Assembly: GCF_006345805.1 (NCBI RefSeq)
Contig: NC_042997.1
Span: 125,488,001-125,552,000, forward strand
Length of the DNA: 64,000 nucleotides
DNA from: Octopus sinensis
Lineage: Eukaryota
Direction of reading: 5' to 3'
Positions 56,299 to 64,000 of the stretch are shown piece after piece (positions within the stretch are counted from its first letter, which is position 1; every line of letters starts with the position of its first letter). Both the position numbers and the translations under genes were made by a program. A model generated the notes under the pieces. It saw nothing but the letters and a program-made list of their open reading frames with translations, searched no databases and was not told the origin of the DNA.

Positions 56299-58014
56299 GA
56301 TACATTAAATATTTCAAAGTTAATTATTTCGTACACATGTATGTAACACATCGCTGCTTCATTTCACTTTCTCTTTATCCTAAAGGAAACCCAAGTTTTA
56401 TAGTTCCTATTTTTCGTTAAGGATAGATGTACTAAACCAGGTTTTACTCGATTGGATTGGATGGCTTACGATAGTAATTTGGATCGTTAGATATATTCCA
56501 AAGGTTAGAGATATTCACACAGAAGATATCGCCAGAATACTCACATTCACGAAACGCTATTAATTTAAATTCGGTTTGTCAATAACCATAAATCTCGCTG
56601 CCAAATTACTAGTCTTGCATAGATTATATATCTCCAAACGAGCAAACTCAACTTGCATTCTTCAATTTACATTGAAACACAGATTTATAAAATAACAATC
56701 ACAACTAATATTTATATCAAACATGGGCATAGCATACGGATAAAGAGAAGACAACTCTTAATAAAAGGGAGTGTAACTGTGATGTATTGTCGTCAAAGTT
56801 TCTCTCCCTCCTGGATTTGTTGTCTTTGTTATTAAATCTTTGGAAATATTTTGCGTTTCAACCACACCTTCCCTTGATCAATCATCGATTGTTTTATTTC
56901 TCTTTGACACTGGGCATCAATTCCCATATGGTTTATCAACCAGTTGCAACCGTAAAACATCCGAAATGTAAGTGAAATGGTCACGCAAATATAACATGGA
57001 TATTAGCAGGAATGGAATGAGATCCGTTGGCTCTAATCATTAACACTTCAAACACCTCTCTTTAATAAACGGTCGATAATTGCTGTTTCCGTGACAAAGG
57101 ATCGCAGAGGAAACTTACACATACAAAACAACAACGGACGTTAGTTTCACACATTATTTTTAATGATTCATCACATACAAGGCTCAGCGATCGATAATAA
57201 ATTCTTGACTAGATTATACCAATAATTTGCTTCTCCGATACCACTGAATTACCGGTCTTCAGAGAATCCGGATAAATGCTGAATGTTGTTGCCTCCATAA
57301 CTATGGACGAATATTTTGGCTTCTGTTTTCGATAGTTATTTTTCTTATTATTTCTGTTCGATGGAAAATTGCAGCCAGACATGTTTTGCCATGAATAATA
57401 GATGTTTTCAACCAATTTATAAATAAAGTATTTTGTTGTCGCTAAATAACAAGGTTTTTCAACAAACGTGTGAACAGAAAAGTTAGAAGTTGTCACTTTA
57501 AAGCTCCGTTTTGTTTTTATACCCAAATTACTAGCGTTGCCAAAATTACAAGAAATTCGATAATGTTTTCATGAGATATTGGTGGAATTGCTGCAATTAA
57601 TATATTATAAGACTGTAGCTAAATGTTTATTCTTGCTGTTTTATTTTCCCGAACATTTTCACTCATAATATATCTTAATTAAGTGTCTGTTTGTTTGGAG
57701 TACAAACCTTCATTTTAGACTGTTAAGTTTCTGACTTAGGTTGAAATAAAATAAACCTCTCGAAGACCTCAAACTGAGAACTGTCCAGGAAAAAAATAAA
57801 GATTCGGTAATACATATGTATATAAATATACAAGACTATCCTGGATGTCTACACTTTCTTTCATTACAGATCTTTAAATGAATACAATTCGCTGCCTATA
57901 TATTTGCACTATCAACCTGTCTGTGTGTATATATGCATACATAAATACATATAAATATATACATATATATGTGTGTTTTGGAATGTATGTATAAATATAT
58001 ATGTGTGTATGTAT

Positions 58015-58422
<408 letters not shown>

Positions 58423-58430
58423 TAATATAT

Positions 58431-58472
<42 letters not shown>

Positions 58473-58474
58473 CA

Positions 58475-59717
58475 GTATATAAGCAGTATATAGGCCATAC
58501 AAAAAATAGCTTACGTAACAGGATGGCGGTGCATAAATCACAAATTAGAAACCCTGATTACCGCAAAATACCGGTCAGCGGACACATAGATAGATGTGCT
58601 GGAAATGTAAATCTGAAATTTACAACTAACCCGCTCTATAAATTCAGTGACAACGCAACCTTCACACAACGCCAAAATAAAGAACTATATTTCATAAAAA
58701 AAATTAGACCAAGTTTAAACACCCTGGGCCAGGAATACTAAAACAAAAGATAAGTCCTCCGAAAAGGAGAAGCAAAATTCCACCACGGCCGCTACTTTAA
58801 ACAGACACTCGCTCTGACGGAAATATGCCTTAGTAAAAAAGGAAAAAAATTCTTTCGTGCAAATCTGACCCTGATACATACGATACAGCTAAGGGTCAGA
58901 CCCGATTCTGATTGGTCAACAAGTTGATGACGTCTAGCTCTGCTAGAATGGACAGGACACAAACAGGGGACAGTCATTAGTCAGAATATTGATGACGTCC
59001 TTTTCTGCTTGACTAGTTACCTAACAAGTACAGACAGGGGGCAGATCTAATGTAGCTATAAGTCGTGATTGGGCAGAATCTGGATGACGTCCCGTTCTGC
59101 TTGACTAACGAAGCGACTGGTCAAAACAGGAAACAAACAAGAGGCAGTTATAATGCAGCGATTGGTCAAAATGATGATGACGTCCCGTTCTGCTTGAATA
59201 AAGCCACCTAACGAAACGATTGGTCAAAACGTTGATGACGTCACGCTACGCTAGATTGACCACCTAACAGGCATTATAAAACCGAGCACTTCACAAAACC
59301 CACTAGATCCACCCAGCGAACATCCACCATGGGTCATCACAATTGCTTAAGGTAAAAATGAATTCCTCGCTCTTTCGGAAACATCAATCTTCTGTATTGA
59401 CCGCTTTCCACCACTTTGATCTGTTTTTTGTATTGAATACGTATCACCACCGTGGGCCACTGCATCGAACACTTTGAACATATACTTCAAACTATATATC
59501 AACTATACATGAACTATATATCAACTATACATGAACTCTAAGATGTCTGACTCCGTTGTGTATTATAAATGAATTTCTTGTGTTTGACGGCATGAGCTGT
59601 CTTTTTTTATATATAACTTTTTTGATAAGGTTCATTTCAGGAACTGAAACATGTTATAATGTATATATAAAAATTAAAAATTGTATAATACAGCAGCATT
59701 TTCGAACTTCATTTTTT

Positions 59718-59720
<3 letters not shown>
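58475..59720 (+). mobile_element. Penelope-like element 3' end: GIY-YIG C-terminus plus pseudo-LTR
   Basis: HKSQIR...VSGHIDRC...RQNKELYFIKKIRPSLN; degenerate HHR TTGATAA-ggttc..gaact-GAAA-catg-TT at ~59622-59655; (TA)n on both sides. Confidence 0.75.
58911..59281 (+). promoter_or_regulatory. Five ATTGG-N12-TGACGTC modules followed by TATAAAA
   Basis: ATTGG/ATTAG at 58911, 58976, 59068, 59161, 59219, each with TGACGTC starting 17 bp later; TATAAAA 59275-59281. Confidence 0.65.
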
Positions 59721-59794
<74 letters not shown>

Positions 59795-59914
59795 GTATGT
59801 ATGTATGTATGTATACATATATACATACACACACACATACACACACACACTCATATATATATATTCTTTTCTTCGTTTCAGCCTTGCAGCTGTGGTCATG
59901 CTGGAGCACCACCG

Positions 59915-60590
59915 TGGTCTTCCTATTTTCCTCATGCTGAATGGGTTTCACATCACCACTCCTGTATGCACCTTTGACCCAGTTGTTGGCCCATTTGGTG
60001 TGAGAGGAAGTCTGATTCTGCTGCCCTCTTCTGTACCTCATGTAGAGCCGCTGGTTCATCCGGTATTATGAAAAGGAGGATGTCTAGTTCCTTTTTGAAG
60101 ACATCTACGTCCACATTATGTAGATTTCTTAGTTTTTGCCGCAGGATATTGAAGATCAGTGGGCCTTTGAACCCTAAATATTGCAGTACCTGGTCTTGAA
60201 TTTAGATGGAGTGAAAGGTGTCTTTGGTACAATACAATGGTATCTAGTTCTAGCGTTTGTATAAAATTCGATGCCGGAATTGGGTACTAGCCCTTGTAGA
60301 GTTAATAATATATAGACTATTACATAACTGTCACGCCTTCTCTTCAGGGACTAAAGTCGCTGTTTTTTCGGCCTATCCCTGTAGCCCATCCTCTGCACTG
60401 TTTCGATCTCTTTAATGTAGTGGAATTGAACTGCTTCAAGCTCCGCTGTTAGTTTGACTCTATGTGGTGACCATAGCTGAGAGCAGTAGTCCAGGCAACT
60501 GAGAACAAAGGTCTTCCACAGGGTCAATAAAACTTCTTGGCTGCTTGTCTTAAAGGACCTGACTATCCACCCTGCCAGTTATCTGCACTT
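59915..60590 (-). mobile_element. CR1-like LINE ORF2 3' fragment, decayed
   Basis: Minus translation WIVRSFKT...[23 protein letters not shown]...LEAVQ...SLKRRR. Confidence 0.8.
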
Positions 60591-60677
60591 GCTCCTATAT
60601 TGGTATACAAATATGTATGTATGTATATATATCAATACACACACACACAGACACACACACAGACACACACACATACC

Positions 60678-60756
<79 letters not shown>

Positions 60757-60768
60757 TATATATATATC

Positions 60769-60800
<32 letters not shown>

Positions 60801-60812
60801 CACACATACATA

Positions 60813-62078
60813 CAGGGGTTGGACAAAATAATAATGGAAACACCTAGCATTATAGCATCATAATTTTGAAATATCTATAAAACCGTCAAAACCTTGTTTA
60901 TTTTTTATGTTTTTTTTATTTATTAGTAGTGTTGTTTAATATGTTTTGCGAAAATTGCTGTTTCTTTGCAGATATCATCAGAAAAAGGTAATTAAAATTC
61001 ATTAAAATGACAGATCTATCGAACTTTCAAAGAGAGCAAATTGTTGGTGCTCATATGGCAGGCACTAGCATAATGAAAACAGCCAAAATATCTGGTGTAT
61101 CAAGAAGTACTGTCTTGAAAGTAATGACAGCCTTTGAGAAAGAGGGATAAACATCCTCGTCGAAACAAAACTCTCGAAGAAAACCAAAACTTTCAGATAA
61201 GGATCGTCAGACTCGTATACGAATTGTTAGAAAGGATCACAAAAGTACAGCTCCCAGAGTTACTGCCGAGCTTAATGACCACCTCGAGAACCAAGTTTCC
61301 ATAAAAACTGTTCGCCGGGAGCTGCACAAATGCGGATTTCACGGGAGCTGCACAAATCCGGATTTCACGGGAGGGCTACAATCAGAAAACCACTACTTTC
61401 AAAAACAAACGTTGCAAAGCGTTTAGAGTGGAGTAAAAGCTTACAGAATTGGTGCCTAGAGCAATGAAAGAATATTATTTTCTCGGACGAGTCCTCCTTT
61501 ACCTTATTTCTGACCACCGGCCGGGTATACATGTGGAGACAGCCAAAAGAAGCATTTGACCCAGACTGCTTTCTTCCAACTGTTAAACATGGAGAAGGAT
61601 CTGTAATGATCTGGAGGGCTCTATCTTGGAAATCCGCCAGCCCAATGTTTTCTCTTCATGTCAGAATTAAGACTTTTTAAGCATTTTATCTGATGAAATA
61701 CACTCTATGGTTGCGGGACTGTTTCCGGAGGGAAACGCAATCTTTCATCTTGATAATGCACCAATTCAAACAGCTAAAGTTGTTACTGAATGGCACGAAG
61801 AACATTCTAGTGAAGATCAGTGCACAGTTCTCAATATTATTGAACATTTATGGTGCATTTTTGAAAACCAGGTAAGGAATCGATATTCTCCACCATCAGT
61901 ACTAGAAGAACTGGAGACTGTTTTATTTTAAGAATGGGGAAAAATTCCTTTGGAAACAATTAAAACTTTGTATGAGTCCATACCTCCAAGTTGTAATTAC
62001 TGCCGAAGACGGTCCTATCTCATATTAAAATAATTTTGTTTGAAATTTTAATGTGTTTCCATTATTTTGTCCAACCCC

Positions 62079-62080
<2 letters not shown>
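60813..62080 (+). mobile_element. Full-length Tc1-family transposon
   Basis: TIRs caggggttggacaaaataat(aat)ggaaacac at both ends, TA on both sides, inserted in TA-rich microsatellite. Confidence 0.95.
61007..62027 (+). pseudogene. Tc1 (DDE) transposase pseudogene
   Basis: MTDLSNFQREQIVG...GVSRSTV (HTH), IIFSDES, LDNAPI, LNIIEHLW; in-frame stops, deletions and a short internal duplication near 61315-61372. Confidence 0.9.
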
Positions 62081-62154
<74 letters not shown>

Positions 62155-62290
62155 TGTATGTATGTATGTATGTATGTATGTATGTATGTATGTATGTGTG
62201 TATGTATATACATATATATATATGTATGTATGTATGTATGTGTATATACATGTATGTATATGTGTATGTTTGTATATATATATGTATATA

Positions 62291-62359
<69 letters not shown>

Positions 62360-62360
<1 letters not shown>

Positions 62361-62760
62361 GGTGTGGCTGTGTGGTAACTAAATTGCTTCACAATCTCAT
62401 GGTTCCGGGTTCATCCCCACTGCACGATACCTTGGGTAAGTGTCTTCTACTATAACCCGGGGCTGACTAGAGTTTTGTCAGTGGATTAGGTAGACGGAAA
62501 GTGAAGGAAGCTCCTTGTATATATATTTTTTACTCTTTTACTTGTTTCAGTCTTTTGACTGCGGCCATGCTTGAGCACAATATATATATATATATCTGTG
62601 GTCGGGAGTGTCATTGTTTTTATGGTTCCTCCCACCAACAATTTACAACCGGTGTTGGTTTGCTTACCGACCTGTAAGTTAGCGATTCGACAAAAAAGAC
62701 TGATAGAATAAGTAACAGGTTATTAAAAAATAATTTCTGGAGTTATTATGTTCGACTAAA
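62360..62760. mobile_element. Fragmented SINE A pieces
   Basis: Plus head, minus tail, plus 3' half. Confidence 0.7.
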
Positions 62761-63004
62761 ATCAAGAAAGAGCGAAAAATAAAGATTAAGGAAGTCAGAT
62801 GAAAAATCACCGATTCAAATGCACTCATGAAGTAAGCTATAACACCCAGCAACAAAGTTCATTCCAGACCACACACCATATATAGGGTAAACTATCTGTC
62901 TTTCTATCTAACAATCGAACTAGATACGTGTCTATTCATCTGTCTGTCTGTCTGCTTCTCTATCTGCCTATCTATTTATCGATCAATTCGTCCGTTTATC
63001 TATC

Positions 63005-63238
63005 TCTCTTTTTTCTTACTCTTTAACTTGTTTCGGTCATTTGACTGCGGCCATGCAGGAGAACCGCCTTTTAGTCGAGCAAATCGACCCCAGGACTTAT
63101 TCATTGTAAGCCTAGTATTTATTCTATCGGTGTCTTTTGCCGAACCGCTAAGTTATGAGGACGCAAACACATCACCATCAAGCAATGTTGAAGGGGACAA
63201 ACACAGACACACAGACACACAAACATATACACACAAAG

Positions 63239-63304
<66 letters not shown>

Positions 63305-63465
63305 GGCCGGGCTTTCAGCTTCTGTCTACCAAATCCACTCACAAGGCTTTGGTCGGCCCGAGGCTATAGTAGAAGACACTTGTCCAAGGTGCCACGCAGT
63401 GGGAATGAACCCGGAACCATGTGGTTCGTAAGCAAGCTACTTACCACAGAGCCACTCCTGCGTCT
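63005..63465 (-). mobile_element. SINE A
   Basis: Family match. Confidence 0.9.
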
Positions 63466-64000
63466 ATGTATCTGTCTATCTGACTGCCTGGCAGACAACT
63501 TATCTATCTGTATGTCTCCTTCCATATCCATAAACCACTTATATATCCTTCAACTTTTATATCTCTGAACATTTAAACTATAATATCCCAAGACTTATTA
63601 CAAGAAATTAGACTAATATCTCTTTGTACTGAACTACCTTTTATTGCAATTTCATTTGTTTTGTTCTACCCTCCTTTAACTTTCCTTATTTCTCCTACTG
63701 AGGGTATTATTCTGTTATACTATACTCTTACCAAGTTGCCTGAGATACACCAACACATTATATATATATATATATATATAAAACATATCGAATGTATAAC
63801 ATATCGAATGGTAGGTTTTTAAAATTTGAAGTAATATCATAAAATGATGTTTGTTTGAAATAAAAATTAAGAACTTAAAATTACTGCTTTTGATGAGAGT
63901 CTTCCTTGTTAGTCTTCTGTAATAATCCATAATATTCAGATGTAAAATCCGTTATATTATCTTGTATTCCAAATATAGTTCATATACTTAGATAATATAG

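Overview
AT-rich, repeat-saturated eukaryotic DNA, intergenic or intronic. I read it as Octopus from the tRNA-derived SINE families and the microsatellite load; this is recognition, not a database result. No intact host protein-coding gene is supportable, and nearly all listed ORFs are microsatellite or SINE artefacts. The window holds many copies of three tRNA-SINE groups, decayed R4/Dong-like, Tx1-like and CR1-like LINEs, Penelope-like fragments, one full-length but disrupted Tc1, mariner derivatives, non-autonomous Helitrons and several minisatellites. The signal least explained by these features is a set of small non-coding elements carrying type I hammerhead ribozyme (HHR) folds, mostly beside (TA)n tracts. 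Two are terminally redundant, retrozyme-like units (492-bp and 366-bp period). Two are inverted pairs, one with an apparent G3-C8 swap in the catalytic core. One ends a Penelope-like pseudo-LTR that has five fixed-spacing CCAAT/CRE modules. All folds were parsed by eye, and coordinates of decayed elements are approximate.
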